This document shows, in pieces, positions 40,989 to 51,974 of a stretch of DNA of 64,000 nt; positions within the stretch are counted from its first letter, which is position 1; each line of letters begins with the position of its first letter. Location: NCBI GenBank assembly GCA_963806225.1, contig CAWDXG010000004.1:1632001-1696000 (forward strand). Reading direction: 5' to 3'. The notes under the pieces were generated by a model. It did not search any database. It was not told the DNA's origin and saw nothing but the letters and a program-made list of their open reading frames with translations. The DNA comes from an uncultured delta proteobacterium (GTDB lineage: Bacteria; Myxococcota_A; Polyangia; Polyangiales; Polyangiaceae). The translations under genes were made by a program, and so were the position numbers.

Positions 40989-43590
40989 ATGCCGCCGCCC
41001 AATCGGTCAAAGGTCCCGATAGGTACCGTCCTGGAGGGAAAATTCCGCGTCACGAAGGAGATCGGTCGTGGCGGCATGGCGGCGGTGTACGAAGCCGAGA
41101 ACATCGACATCGGCAAACGCGTCGCCGTGAAGATCCTTGCGGCGGAGCTTCTGACCTCGCGCGTCGTCCGCGAGCGCTTCATCCGCGAGGCGCGCGCCTC
41201 CGCCGCCATCCGCAGTCCCCACATCTGCGATGTCTACGACAGCGGCATGTACGACGAGCGGCCGTTCCTCGTCATGGAACTGCTCGAGGGCGAGAGTCTG
41301 TACGACCTGCTCACGCGCAAGCACCGCCTCGACATCGACACCACGCTGACGGTCGCGACCCACTCGTGCCGCGGGCTCGCCAAAGCGCACGAGACTGAAC
41401 GTCGTGCACCGCGACCTGAAACCGGAAAACATCTTCCTCACGCGCAACGAGGAAGGCGAGACGATCGCGAAGATCCTCGATTTCGGTCTCGCCAAGTTCT
41501 ACGAGCCGACCGGCGGCGATGCCGAACAGGCCCGGCTGACGCGCGAAGGCGCGCTGTTCGGGACGCCGGCCTACATGAGCCCCGAGCAGGCCAAGGGCCA
41601 GGGCGAGGTCGACCACCGCTGCGACCTGTGGGCGCTCGGCTGCATCGTGTACGAGTGTCTGACAGGGCAGACGGTGTGGAACGTCGACCAGGGCGTCGCG
41701 ATGATCCTGGCCCAGATAGCGGGGGCGCCGATCCCGAAGCCCTCGCGCCTGCGTCCCGATCTTCCGCCGAGCTTCGAACCGTGGTTCCTCAAGGCGCTGG
41801 ACCGCGACCCGGAAAAGCGCTTCCAGACGGCCAAGGAGTTCGCCGAAGCGCTCGCTGAAGCGCTCAAGCCCCAGCCCGGCGCGACGCGCGCCCCGCTCGC
41901 CAGCACCGAGCTGGAGGGACGCGCGGTCGATGAGCTGATCAGCAGCGAGCTGGTCAGCGCGGAGCTCTTGAGCGCCTCCGGCAACCAGCCGCTGGTGGGG
42001 GCGCCTCCCGCGCCGAGCTCGCAACCCACCAGCACGCAGAACGTCGATCTGCCGCCGGCCTCGAGCGCCGCTCGCGGAAGCGAACGCGGCCCGGGCCGCG
42101 CCCTCGCGGTGCTTCTGGTGACCGCGCTTCTGGTTCTCGGTGGCTACGCGGTCTGGCTGTACGTGCTGCATCCCCCACCCCCGAAGGCCGTTGCAGCCGT
42201 GGCGCCGAGCGCACGACCCGCTGCCAGCGAGGACAGCGGCAAGCCGCACGAGTCGTTCAAGCCCCGGGAGAGCGACCCCTACGCACTGCAGATCGCCTCG
42301 GCACAGAGCTGGCTGCTTCGCGGCAACCGCGAAAACGCCATGAAGATGTTCAAGGAGGCGTTCAACAACGGCGGCACAGGCGTCTCGCGCTCGCTGCTCG
42401 CGCAGGCAGGCGTCGCTCTAGCCAAGAACGACGACCGTTGCCAGGTCACCGGACTCGGCCGTCCCCGGCCGTTCGATCTCGTGTCGCCCGTCTCGCGCCC
42501 GACGCTGGCATTGACACCGGTCGGACTGGTCGTCGCCTGGGTCGACACCCACCAGGACAAGACGCGCCGGCAGGGGTTCGCGACGGTGCTCGACAACGCG
42601 CTCCGGCGCGTCTCTCCTGCTCGTCTCATCACGCCCGAGTCGACGGCCGTACGGCACCCGCAGCTGCTCGCGGCGGGCAACCGCCTGGCGTTCATCTACT
42701 GGGACGGTGCCGGAGACGAACCCGGCGTGTACGTCCGCCTGCTCGAAACCGACGGCCGCATCGCCGGACCGGCTCGGCGCATCTCCGAGGTCAAGCGCAA
42801 CGAGTTCTATCCGGCTCTGGTCCGCGTGGGCGACGGCACGTTCTGGGCCGTGTGGGAAGAGGACGTCGATCCGGGCGGCGAGGATCTGATGGCCCGCCGA
42901 CTGAACGCGGATCTCGAGCCGATGCACAAGGCCGTGCGGCTCACGGCGTTCATCCACAAGCGCGCCAGCACCACGAGCGCCGGCAAGCCGGACGTGGCGA
43001 TAGCGCACGACCAACTCAACATCGTGTTCTCGCTGCAGCGCGGCAAGCAGGAGTCACAGATCATGCGCCTGCGGATCGCGCTCTCCGACCCCGCACTCGA
43101 GACAGGCGTGGTCGACGAAAAGCCGAAGAAGGGCAAGCACGGCAAGAAGAAACCGGAGGACCGCTTCATCGGGGATCTCCGCCCGGTCAGCACGGCGCAC
43201 GGAAAGAACGCCCAGCCCCGCATCGCCTGCACCAAGGAAGGCTGCTTCGCCGTGTGGGACGACGAGAAGGCCGGCGCCCTGGCCTCGTTCCTCGACCGGG
43301 AGAAGGGGCAGGCCATCTGGCGGCGCGAGTTCGCCAGCAAGGGCTCGCGGCCGGCCGTCGCAGCTTCCGCCGGCGGCGCCATGGTGGCGTGGTACGAGGC
43401 CTCCCGGGTCCGGCTCGCACGCATCACCCGCGACGGCATCGAGAAATCCAGCGTCCTGGCCCGGGTCAGCGGCTACCAGCCCTATCCGGCGATCGTTGCA
43501 GGATCCGAAGCCAACCAGTGGTACATCACCTGGAGGGACTACGAGGCCGGCCATCTGGAGGCCTTCGTGGCTCGTGCCAAGTGCAAGTGA
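40989..43590 (+). CDS. Membrane Ser/Thr protein kinase with extracytoplasmic domain; frameshift near 41398
   Basis: IGRGGMA, VAVK, HRDLKPEN, DFG, GTPAYMSPE, TM LAVLLVTALLVLGGYAVWLYVL. Confidence 0.92.
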
Positions 43591-43602
43591 CGAGAAGGAA
43601 CC

Positions 43603-44229
43603 ATGCGAAGCGGCCAACCTGAGGTCGCTGGTGCGCAACCGATGCCGACGCCGCAGATGTTGAGCATTCCATCCAGAGCCGCTTTGCGGAAATCCCCAAT
43701 CGAAACGCCGCGCGCGCTGCTCTTGCCCATCGACGCCGCGGACGGCCCGGAGATCTGGGCCGCCGTCGACAACTCGCGCTGGCACCTGGAGCGCTGGCTG
43801 CCGTGGGTGCCCTTCAACAACACGCCCGAAGCAAGCCAGCGCTATGCCGAGGCGTGCGCCGCAGACTGGGATGCGGGACGGGCGGTGCGTTTCGCGATCC
43901 GCGATCGCCAGACGCGCGAGCTGCTCGGTGTGGTCGGACTCGACTCCTGCGTGCACCTGCACCGTTCCTGCGAGCTCGGCTACTGGCTCAAGCGCGAAGC
44001 CACCAATCGCGGGCTGATGACCGAATCCGCGCGCGCCTGCGCCGAGTTCGCGATCCAGCGCATGGGCGTGCACCGCATCCGCTGCGCTGCCGCCACGACC
44101 AACTACCAGAGCCTGCGCGTGATCGGCCGCCTGGGCTTCCGCTTCGAGGGACTGGCGCGCCAGGCCGAGTTCGTGCAGAACCGCTGGCTCGACCACGCCG
44201 TGTTCGCCCGGCTCTCCACCGACGAGTAG
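43603..44229 (+). CDS. RimL/RimJ-type GNAT acetyltransferase
   Basis: HLERWLPW, ELGYWL, GLMTE, N..SLRVIGRLGFRFEG. Confidence 0.88.
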   Translation: MRSGQPEVAGAQPMPTPQMLSIPSRAALRKSPIETPRALLLPIDAADGPEIWAAVDNSRWHLERWLPWVPFNNTPEASQRYAEACAADWDAGRAVRFAIRDRQTRELLGVVGLDSCVHLHRSCELGYWLKREATNRGLMTESARACAEFAIQRMGVHRIRCAAATTNYQSLRVIGRLGFRFEGLARQAEFVQNRWLDHAVFARLSTDE

Positions 44230-44281
44230 AGGTTCCGGTGCAGGTGGGCCGGCGGGACGCGAGTGGTAGCCTGGGGGGAAC

Positions 44282-45772
44282 GTGCGTTCCAGGCGACAGC
44301 TTCCGTTCCTGACGCTTGCGCCGGCCGTGGTCGTCATCGTCGGCATCGCGGCCGCCCTGGCGATCGCGGCGCGCGGCGTATCGGACCTGCATTCGCAGAG
44401 CGACCACGCCGCGGCACTGCAGAGCCGCCTGCTAGCCCTTACGCTGTCCGAACGGCTTCGCGCCACGGCGCTCGAGGACCGGACGACCGTCGTCGAACGA
44501 GCTGCCAGCCGTTCCGGCGCCGAGATCCTGCTCGTGCGCCAGGACGGGCGCATCCTGGTCGACGGAAGCCTGTCGCCGCCCAAACGCAACGAGCTGATGG
44601 ACCTCCTGGTCGAGGGCCAGGGCGAGACGACCACCGGCCTCGGGCGCACGCGTTTCTTCGTCGCGCCGCTCAGCGCGCCGTTCGAGCACATGTCCGTCGT
44701 GAGCTTCGTGCGGGCTCCCGAAGCTCCGTTCGCGGTGGGTTCACTCGTGACGTCGGTCGCCGCGCTGACCACAATCCTCATCGGCGCCGCCGCGCTGGTC
44801 GCCTTCGCGCTCGCGCGCGACGTGCACTCCGACGTCGACTACGTGAGGCAGCGCATCGTGGACATGGCGGACGAGGGAGCCGAACCCGGCGGCCAGCCCA
44901 TCGCCGTGCGAACGGACGACCAGATAGGACTCTTGACCAGCGCCTTCAACGTACTGGTCGAGCGCTTCACCGCCGCCGAGCACGCCTACCGCCAGGATCT
45001 CGCCGGGGCGCTGGCCTACGATCGCGATCGCAGCGCGTTTCTGGCTGCGCTCAGCCACGAGCTCAGGACGCCGCTCAACACAATCCTGGGCTTCACCGAG
45101 GTCCTGCTGAGCGAGGTCGACGGGCCGCTCAGCGACGACGCCCGCGAGAACCTCGTGGTGGTGCGCGGCAGCGGCCAGCACCTGCGTTCGCTCATCGACG
45201 ACATCCTCGACCTGTCCGCACTGGAATCGGGAGAGCTCCGGCTGGACCGGCGAAAGGTCGACCTGCTGTCCATCGCCGAGGAAGTCGTTCGCGAGGCCCG
45301 GGTGACGGCGCAGTCCAAGCCTCTGCAGGTCGAGCTGTCCGGCGAGCACGCTCCAGCCTGGGGCGACGCGCGAAGGCTCAGGCAGGTCGTGGGCAACATC
45401 GTCAGCAACGCCGTCAAGTTCACCGCCGAGGGCCGGGTCAGCGTGCGCGTCGAGCCGCGGGGTCGCTTCGCCACGTTGATCGTCAGCGACACCGGTCCGG
45501 GCATCGCGCCGGAGGAACAGGCCGCAATCTTCGAGGAGTACCGCCAGGCCGGCGACGCGGCGTCGCGCCGCGTGGGCACCGGGCTGGGCCTCGCGATAAC
45601 CAGGCGCCTGGTGCAGATGCACGGCGGCCTTGTCGAGCTGTCGAGCGAGCTCGGCAAGGGCTCCACGTTCACGATCGTGCTGCCGTCCACCAAAGAGCAG
45701 GTGGGGGCCGCGCCGCGTGGCAGCCGGCCCTCGATCGCGCCGCACATCGCATCCGGAGAGGCGCCCGGATGA
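44282..45772 (+). CDS. Membrane sensor histidine kinase (HAMP-HisKA-HATPase)
   Basis: SHELRTPLN, NIVSNAVKF, DTGPGI, GTGLGL all intact. Confidence 0.93.
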   Translation: MRSRRQLPFLTLAPAVVVIVGIAAALAIAARGVSDLHSQSDHAAALQSRLLALTLSERLRATALEDRTTVVERAASRSGAEILLVRQDGRILVDGSLSPPKRNELMDLLVEGQGETTTGLGRTRFFVAPLSAPFEHMSVVSFVRAPEAPFAVGSLVTSVAALTTILIGAAALVAFALARDVHSDVDYVRQRIVDMADEGAEPGGQPIAVRTDDQIGLLTSAFNVLVERFTAAEHAYRQDLAGALAYDRDRSAFLAALSHELRTPLNTILGFTEVLLSEVDGPLSDDARENLVVVRGSGQHLRSLIDDILDLSALESGELRLDRRKVDLLSIAEEVVREARVTAQSKPLQVELSGEHAPAWGDARRLRQVVGNIVSNAVKFTAEGRVSVRVEPRGRFATLIVSDTGPGIAPEEQAAIFEEYRQAGDAASRRVGTGLGLAITRRLVQMHGGLVELSSELGKGSTFTIVLPSTKEQVGAAPRGSRPSIAPHIASGEAPG

Positions 45773-47697
45773 TCGACGCGGCCGCACGGCTCATCCGCCG
45801 CGTCCTGGGCTGGCAGATCCTGTTCACGCTGGCGGTCAGCTCGCTGGTGTCGCTGCTCGCACCGCCGATGCTCCTCTTGCGCAACGACATCGCCGTGGTC
45901 GCCGGCCGCGCACTCCTGCTGGCGATCCTGGCGGGCGGCGCCGTCACGCTTTTCCGCAGCTGGTGGTCGCTCAGGCGGCATCGCTTCGTGCTGCGCGTCC
46001 TCGCTCTCGGTTCGCGCTCGGTCGAGCCGTTCGAGATGCAGGAGCTCGAGGGCGAGCCCTGGCACGTCACACTCGGTTGGGTCGGCCCGTCCTTCGTGGC
46101 GCTCGGCCTCGTTGCAACGATTGCGCGCCCCGGCATCCTCGACCTGACCACGGGGATCAGCCTGGGGCTTCTGGGTGCTGTTATCGTCGCCGCCGCTTCG
46201 CTGCCGCTGCACGTCTTCGTGCGGTCAGCGGTCCTGCGCGCCATCGAGCTTTCGCCACCAGAAGTGATGCGCGAAGTCGCCGAGGCGGCGCAGAGGAGCG
46301 GCGCGCCGCGGCGCAAGGTCGCGCGGCGGCTGCTCGCTGCGGTGGCAACGCCCGTTGCTTTTGTCGCCATCGGCTCGGCGCTGATCGCCAATGCGCACCT
46401 CAGGCGCGCCGACGAGCGCCAGCGCGAGGAGACCGCGCGGGCGCTGGCGCGCTCCGCGTTCGAGATCGGTCCGGGCGTGGTGCCGGGCGCCGGGCTGGAG
46501 GGCGCCATCGACCGCGCCGCCAAGCTCGGCTTCATCGCCAACGTCGCGCCGGACAATCCGGCCAGCTACGCCGTGGAACGCGACGAGGACGGCGTGGTCG
46601 ATCTCGTCACCCCGCTCGACACCGGCAGCGCGGAGGTCCGCTTCAGCGGCTCCACGATCAGCGTGCTGAGCTTCGAGTCGCTGCTCATCAGCCTGCTCGC
46701 GATGGGCGTGGCCGCCCTGCTCGGGGTGCTGCTCGGACGCGCGCTCGGCGTCGACCTATCCAACGCCACCCGCGGCGTCCGGCTCCTCGGCACCGAAGCG
46801 GTGATCAGCGGCGGAACGCGCGTGGTGCGACCGGCGCGCTTCCGCGTGGTGGCCGAGCTCGGGCAGGCGATCGAGCGCCTGGCGGATCGCTTCCGCGTGT
46901 TCGCGCGCGCACAGGAGCGGGCCATCGAAGCCCGCGCGGCCACCACGCGCATGCGCGGGCTGTTCTTCGCCAGCGTCAGTCACGACCTGAAGAGCCCGCT
47001 GAACGCCATCCTCGGTTTCACCGAGCTCGTGCGCCAGCTCGAACCGGTAAGTGCGGGGCAGATAGAGAGCCTGGACATGATCGAACGGCGCGGACGCGAG
47101 CTCCTGGCGTTGATCGAGACCATCCTCGACGCCGCGCGCGTCGAGGCCGGCCAGCTCACGCTGATACGTGACCGCGTCAAGATCAGCGATCTGCTCGGAC
47201 AGGCCATCGAGAAGGGCCGCGACCTGGGCGGCGACCGCCCTGTGGAAGTGGTCGGGGAGATCAGCGAAGGCATCCCCGAGCTCGAGGTCGATCGCCTGCA
47301 GATCGGCCGGGCCCTCGCCACGCTGATCGGGCACGCGATGCGGAGCGCCGAACGCGGAGTGGTACGCGTCAAGGCGAGCCCCGGCTCGGCGCGCCGGCTG
47401 CATATCGCGATCGATCTGCCGAGCCGTCGCTTCAGCGCCCGGCAGCTCGAGGCCATGCTCGATCCGACACGCAAGCCGGGTGCGAGCGTTCACCGCGGAC
47501 TGGCGCTCGGCATGAGCCTGGCGCGCTCGGTCGTGGAGCTGCACGGCGGCCGGGTGCGCGTCGAGGATCTGGGCGTGGAGGGCGCGCGTTTCATGGTGCG
47601 CCTGCCCATCGACAGCGACGCCGCGGCGATCGCGCCGGCGGACGCGAGCTCGCGCTTCCAGAGCTCGCGACCGCCCGGGCGGCTGCCACGATCCTAG
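45769..47697 (+). CDS. Multi-TM histidine kinase-like protein with degenerate ATPase domain
   Basis: ATGA overlap with the upstream kinase; H box SHDLKSPLN intact, N/G1/G2 boxes eroded. Confidence 0.85.
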   Translation: MIDAAARLIRRVLGWQILFTLAVSSLVSLLAPPMLLLRNDIAVVAGRALLLAILAGGAVTLFRSWWSLRRHRFVLRVLALGSRSVEPFEMQELEGEPWHVTLGWVGPSFVALGLVATIARPGILDLTTGISLGLLGAVIVAAASLPLHVFVRSAVLRAIELSPPEVMREVAEAAQRSGAPRRKVARRLLAAVATPVAFVAIGSALIANAHLRRADERQREETARALARSAFEIGPGVVPGAGLEGAIDRAAKLGFIANVAPDNPASYAVERDEDGVVDLVTPLDTGSAEVRFSGSTISVLSFESLLISLLAMGVAALLGVLLGRALGVDLSNATRGVRLLGTEAVISGGTRVVRPARFRVVAELGQAIERLADRFRVFARAQERAIEARAATTRMRGLFFASVSHDLKSPLNAILGFTELVRQLEPVSAGQIESLDMIERRGRELLALIETILDAARVEAGQLTLIRDRVKISDLLGQAIEKGRDLGGDRPVEVVGEISEGIPELEVDRLQIGRALATLIGHAMRSAERGVVRVKASPGSARRLHIAIDLPSRRFSARQLEAMLDPTRKPGASVHRGLALGMSLARSVVELHGGRVRVEDLGVEGARFMVRLPIDSDAAAIAPADASSRFQSSRPPGRLPRS

Positions 47698-49451
47698 TTG
47701 GCGGGCCAGGGATCAGCAGGGATCTTCGAGTCGGTCGGGGCCACCGCGCCGTTCGTGATCAGCACGGCGCGCAGCTGGGTCATCAGATCCACGTCCGCCT
47801 TGATGTCGTCGTCGCCGGTCCCGGAGTTGGCGGTGGTGTTGTAGTCGTTGGCCGCTGCCGCCAGCCGGTCCAGCCCCGCGATCGCCTCGGTGGTATCGCC
47901 CTTGTTCCAGAACGCGTCGCAGGCGTGCGACAGGCCCAGGTAGATGTTGAGCATCAGGAACGACTTTTCGATCACGGCCGGATCGGTGGCGTCGAAGTAG
48001 CCCTCGGGGCGCGTGCTCCAGGGCGGGTCCGGGTAGTGCACCGTAACCGTGTCGTAGACGATGTTGTTCGTACCCGGTTCCCGGTAGGTCACGTCCACCA
48101 CCGCCACATCCGCGTCCGTGATGCCGCTGCCGTCGTCGGCCGTGAGCTTGGGATCGACCTGCACCAGCAGCGCCGAGCCGCCGCCGCGGCGTCCACCGGT
48201 CTTCGTCACGTCGCTGGCCGACTGGCGGTGCGCGAGGAACAGGCTCGGCACCTCGATCTTCGCGCCGTAGCTGGTGTTCTGCCAGAACGGCGAGCCGTAG
48301 GCCTGGCCGAAGCTGTACTGGGCGGCAGCGTGGACACGCAGCGTCAGATCGTAGGCGATCGGCACCGTGAAGTAGTTGAGCTCCTCGGTGAACACGTCGC
48401 TCACGGCGCCCGAGTCCTCGAGGAAGTAGTAGTTGCCGTCCGCCTGCAGCGCGAGCTGGCTCATCAGCTGGGCATTGAAGCTGGTGCCGAGCCCGATGGT
48501 GGTCAGCCCGATACCGTCGGAGTTGTATTTCTTGCTCATCGCGAGGATGTCGGCCGGGTTGGTATCTCCCGAGGTGGGCTGGCCGTCGCTCAACAGGATC
48601 ACGCGGTTCTGCTTCCCGCTGTCGTAGTTCTTCTGCAGCTCCTGGAAGCCGCGCTCGAGGCCTCCGTAGAAATTCGTGCCGCCGCTCGCGGTCAGCCCGT
48701 TCACGATCGTGTGCAGCGCCTGTCGATTGCCGGTGATGTCTGCCATCGGGAACGCCACGTGCACGTCGGTGCTGTAGGTCACCAGCCCGAAGCGGTCGCC
48801 GTCCTTCAGGCCGTCCACCAGCAGGTTCAGCCCCTGCCGGACGAAATCGATCTTGCCCGCCGAACCCATCGATCCGGACACGTCGACCGCCACCTCCAGG
48901 TCGAGCGGCGGACGCGAGCCGGGATCGGCCGAGAGCGGCGAGTTGAGCCCGAACTGCAGCAGCGTGAAGCCCTGGCGATCGTAGAGGTTATTCATCACGC
49001 CCAGCATCGGCTGCAGGCAGACGCTGTGGCCGCAGCTCGGAGGCGGGAGCTTTTCGTAGTGCTCGGCGAAGAAGCCGGAAGCGTCGAAGTCACCCGGGTG
49101 CGGCACCTGGCCGGCGTCGAGCAGCTTGCGGAAGTAGCCGAAGTCCTGCGAGCCGCCGAGATTGACGTTGGTGTTCGAGCCCGGGGCCGCCGCGCCGCCG
49201 CCACCGCCGCTGCCGCCATAGGCGCCGCCCGGTCCGGCATATCCGGCTCCCGCCGCGCCCCCGTAGCCCCCGCCGGAGCCGCCCGATGCGTAGTTGCCGC
49301 CCCCGCCGGCTATGCCGCCGCCGTGGTCGTAGGCCGCTGTCGAGCTGCCGTCGGCGCTCGCCCCGCAGCCCGCGAGCACGAGGCCGGCGGCCGCGAACAG
49401 CGCGAGCAGCGAAACGGAACGGAAAGCATGGGGACCGGAAAGCAGGGACAT
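47694..49451 (-). CDS. VWA-domain lipoprotein (YfbK-like)
   Basis: Lipobox LAGC, MIDAS DVSGSM, GGTN, LLSDG. Confidence 0.9.
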   Translation of the reverse strand: MSLLSGPHAFRSVSLLALFAAAGLVLAGCGASADGSSTAAYDHGGGIAGGGGNYASGGSGGGYGGAAGAGYAGPGGAYGGSGGGGGAAAPGSNTNVNLGGSQDFGYFRKLLDAGQVPHPGDFDASGFFAEHYEKLPPPSCGHSVCLQPMLGVMNNLYDRQGFTLLQFGLNSPLSADPGSRPPLDLEVAVDVSGSMGSAGKIDFVRQGLNLLVDGLKDGDRFGLVTYSTDVHVAFPMADITGNRQALHTIVNGLTASGGTNFYGGLERGFQELQKNYDSGKQNRVILLSDGQPTSGDTNPADILAMSKKYNSDGIGLTTIGLGTSFNAQLMSQLALQADGNYYFLEDSGAVSDVFTEELNYFTVPIAYDLTLRVHAAAQYSFGQAYGSPFWQNTSYGAKIEVPSLFLAHRQSASDVTKTGGRRGGGSALLVQVDPKLTADDGSGITDADVAVVDVTYREPGTNNIVYDTVTVHYPDPPWSTRPEGYFDATDPAVIEKSFLMLNIYLGLSHACDAFWNKGDTTEAIAGLDRLAAAANDYNTTANSGTGDDDIKADVDLMTQLRAVLITNGAVAPTDSKIPADPWPAN

Positions 49452-49599
49452 GGAGACCTCCTCGTAGAGCAAGCCCCCCCATCCACAGCAATCGACGTGC
49501 CAGCTGCGACGGGGCACGCTCTGCGGGTTTGCAGCCCCCCGCCCTGATCCGGCTGGCACAGGCTGACACAGATGTCAGGCACACGCTGACACCCGCTCG

Positions 49600-51144
49600 C
49601 TAGCGGACGATGATCACGATCGTCCCCTTGCCCATCCCGCGGCCGGACTGGACGCCGTTCCAGCCGGCGGGCAGCTGCGGGTCGGTCCACGCAAAGAGCG
49701 TGCGGCCGTCCCGGGGCGAGAGGTTGATGCAGCCGGCGCTCATCGGCTCGCCGAAGCTCTCGTGCCAGAACGCTGTGTGCAGGGCGTAGGGAGGGTCGAA
49801 GTACTGCGTGTCGGGCACGTCGGCGATCCAGAACCGGCGGGGTTCCTTCGGGTCGGGGGTCATCATCGCCGCGCGATGCTTCATCTGGATGCGGAAACGC
49901 CCCATCGGCGAACTGCCGGTCTTCAGAGGCGGCACGCCTTTCCGCGGAGGTCCGCCGGCGCCGGGGCTGACCAGCGTCGCGAACACCGGACGCGCGCCCT
50001 CATACGCGACGAGCGTGCCCTTGGTGATGCTCACGATCAGCCACTTGTCCGTCTTGGCGATGCCGTAGGGCAGCTTGTCGCGCCGCCGGGCCACGGTGGC
50101 GTCGCTCTCGGCAATCCACAGCCGCCTGCCCTTCGCATCCCGAGCGCGCGTCGGCAGATAGCTCTGCTTGCCGCTCGTCTGCGCCTCCACCGACTCGAGC
50201 CCGACCTCGGTGCGCACGGCCCAGCTGTTTCCGGTCGCCTTGAAGGAGCCGTCGTCCCCGCGGACGTACTCCGGCTTCGCGCTCGCGCGCATCCAGGCGA
50301 TCGGCAGCTTCACCGCGGCGCCCAGATGCACCCCGTGGAACTTCGACTCGCTATACGGCCGCACGCGGTCGGCCGGCACGACGGTGCCGTCGGCGCTCAA
50401 GAGCCAGGTGCGCCCCTCGTGACGAAAGCTCTTCGTGTACGCCAGTATCGAGCCGAGCGGGATGATGCGGCGCACGAGCTTCTTCTCGTGCGCGTGTGCG
50501 ATGGATCCGCCGTCCGCCAGAAACCACGGCAGCTTGTCCTTCGCCCGGATCGCGCGGACCTCCGCCAGCTTCTCGTGCCCGCGGTTACCCCACGACTGCG
50601 GTCCGAAGCTGCCCGGCTTGCCCATGTAGCGCTCTTCCTGCTTCCACTCCTCCGGCGTCGGCAAGCGCCGGTACATCGGCGCGCCGTTCGACAGCGCGTA
50701 GTGGAACGGCAGCGTGCCGCCGAGCGGCGCGACGAGCTGCATGCCGCGCAGGTAGCGGCTGTCACCCGAGAGCGCGCTGGTCCAGTCGAGGCACACGTAG
50801 CCCTCCGGCTCGACCCGGTAGAAGCCCTTCGGGCAGCCCGCGCCGCGCACCGGCTTGGCACTCTTCAGCTTCACCGACGTTCCAGGCCGGACGTAGCCGA
50901 GCCGCTCGCGCCAGTGCCCCTTCTCGGGCTTTTCGTAGATCCACGTCGTCTTGGCGCGGCTCCAGATGCGCGTCGGCGCGGGCCGCGCGTCCGCGTCGCC
51001 CGCCGGGGCATCGCTGGCCGCCTTCGAATCCGCGGAACGATCGGCGAACGCCGCCGGCGCCAGCGAGAGCACCAGCGCCGCTATCCAGACCCTCCGCCGA
51101 CGCAGCACGCCTCCCACTGTCGACGACAAGGCCCTTCGTTTCAA
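49600..51144 (-). CDS. L,D-transpeptidase (YkuD domain), secreted
   Basis: TLVAYEG..PVFATLVSPG, ALHTAFWHESFGEPMSAGCINLSP. Confidence 0.88.
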   Translation of the reverse strand: MKRRALSSTVGGVLRRRRVWIAALVLSLAPAAFADRSADSKAASDAPAGDADARPAPTRIWSRAKTTWIYEKPEKGHWRERLGYVRPGTSVKLKSAKPVRGAGCPKGFYRVEPEGYVCLDWTSALSGDSRYLRGMQLVAPLGGTLPFHYALSNGAPMYRRLPTPEEWKQEERYMGKPGSFGPQSWGNRGHEKLAEVRAIRAKDKLPWFLADGGSIAHAHEKKLVRRIIPLGSILAYTKSFRHEGRTWLLSADGTVVPADRVRPYSESKFHGVHLGAAVKLPIAWMRASAKPEYVRGDDGSFKATGNSWAVRTEVGLESVEAQTSGKQSYLPTRARDAKGRRLWIAESDATVARRRDKLPYGIAKTDKWLIVSITKGTLVAYEGARPVFATLVSPGAGGPPRKGVPPLKTGSSPMGRFRIQMKHRAAMMTPDPKEPRRFWIADVPDTQYFDPPYALHTAFWHESFGEPMSAGCINLSPRDGRTLFAWTDPQLPAGWNGVQSGRGMGKGTIVIIVR

Positions 51145-51214
51145 GGGGGCGCACCCAACCAGGTACCAGAGCAGGCGCGCCCCATCCGTCCCCGCAGCCC
51201 AGAGGCCGCGCGGT

Positions 51215-51817
51215 CTACCAGTCGCCTTCCGCGACCAGCTCGTAGGCGGGGCTGGCCTCGCCCTTGCCCTTGTACTTGGCGAGCACGGCCACCATCGTGC
51301 CGTTCTTCATGCTGTCGGGGTTGAAGCCCTTCACGTCTGTCAGCTTCACCAGGAAGAACTGGCGGCTCATGCCCATGACGTCGCCCTTCTGGCGCGGCGT
51401 GTAGGTGACGCCAATGCTGAAGCCCTTGTCGCCGGCGTTCGTCAGCGGCCCGGTGAACAGCACCCACTTGCCCTTCGCCATCGCGTCGAACGCGCTCATG
51501 GCCTTCTCCTTGGCCTTGAGTGCCTTGTTCTTCTTCAACTTGTCCTGAAGGTCCGCCATCACCAGAAAGCCCTTCGCTTCGGGATGGGCCTTGTCGATCT
51601 TGTCGCGGCGCGCATCCGTCAGCTTGGTGTCGAGGTGACTGGGGCGCTCCGGCTTCGCCGCCGGCTTCGGCGCGGGGGTGGCCGCGGGCGGCGGCGTGGC
51701 GGCAGCCGTCGTAGTGGGCTTCGGCTTTGCGTTGGCGGTCTTCGTGGCGTTGTCGCAGCCGCCCGCCAGAAGCGCGAGGCAGGCCGCGGTCACGATCGAG
51801 GTCTTGACGGTCGTCAT
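51215..51817 (-). CDS. Hypothetical Lys-rich lipoprotein
   Basis: Lipobox AGGC, Pro/Ala linker, strong coding bias. Confidence 0.8.
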   Translation of the reverse strand: MTTVKTSIVTAACLALLAGGCDNATKTANAKPKPTTTAAATPPPAATPAPKPAAKPERPSHLDTKLTDARRDKIDKAHPEAKGFLVMADLQDKLKKNKALKAKEKAMSAFDAMAKGKWVLFTGPLTNAGDKGFSIGVTYTPRQKGDVMGMSRQFFLVKLTDVKGFNPDSMKNGTMVAVLAKYKGKGEASPAYELVAEGDW

Positions 51818-51974
51818 GGCCCCACGAGACCGCGGCAGGCCGCGCGTGTCAAACGTGACGCGCGGCCGACCGGCTACCGCCACGACGGCATTTTCCGTGG
51901 AACCACGCCCAGGCCGGCCACCAGCCCGCGGGCCTCCGCCTGCGCTCGCCGGTGATAGGCTCGTGGGCGAGCGG

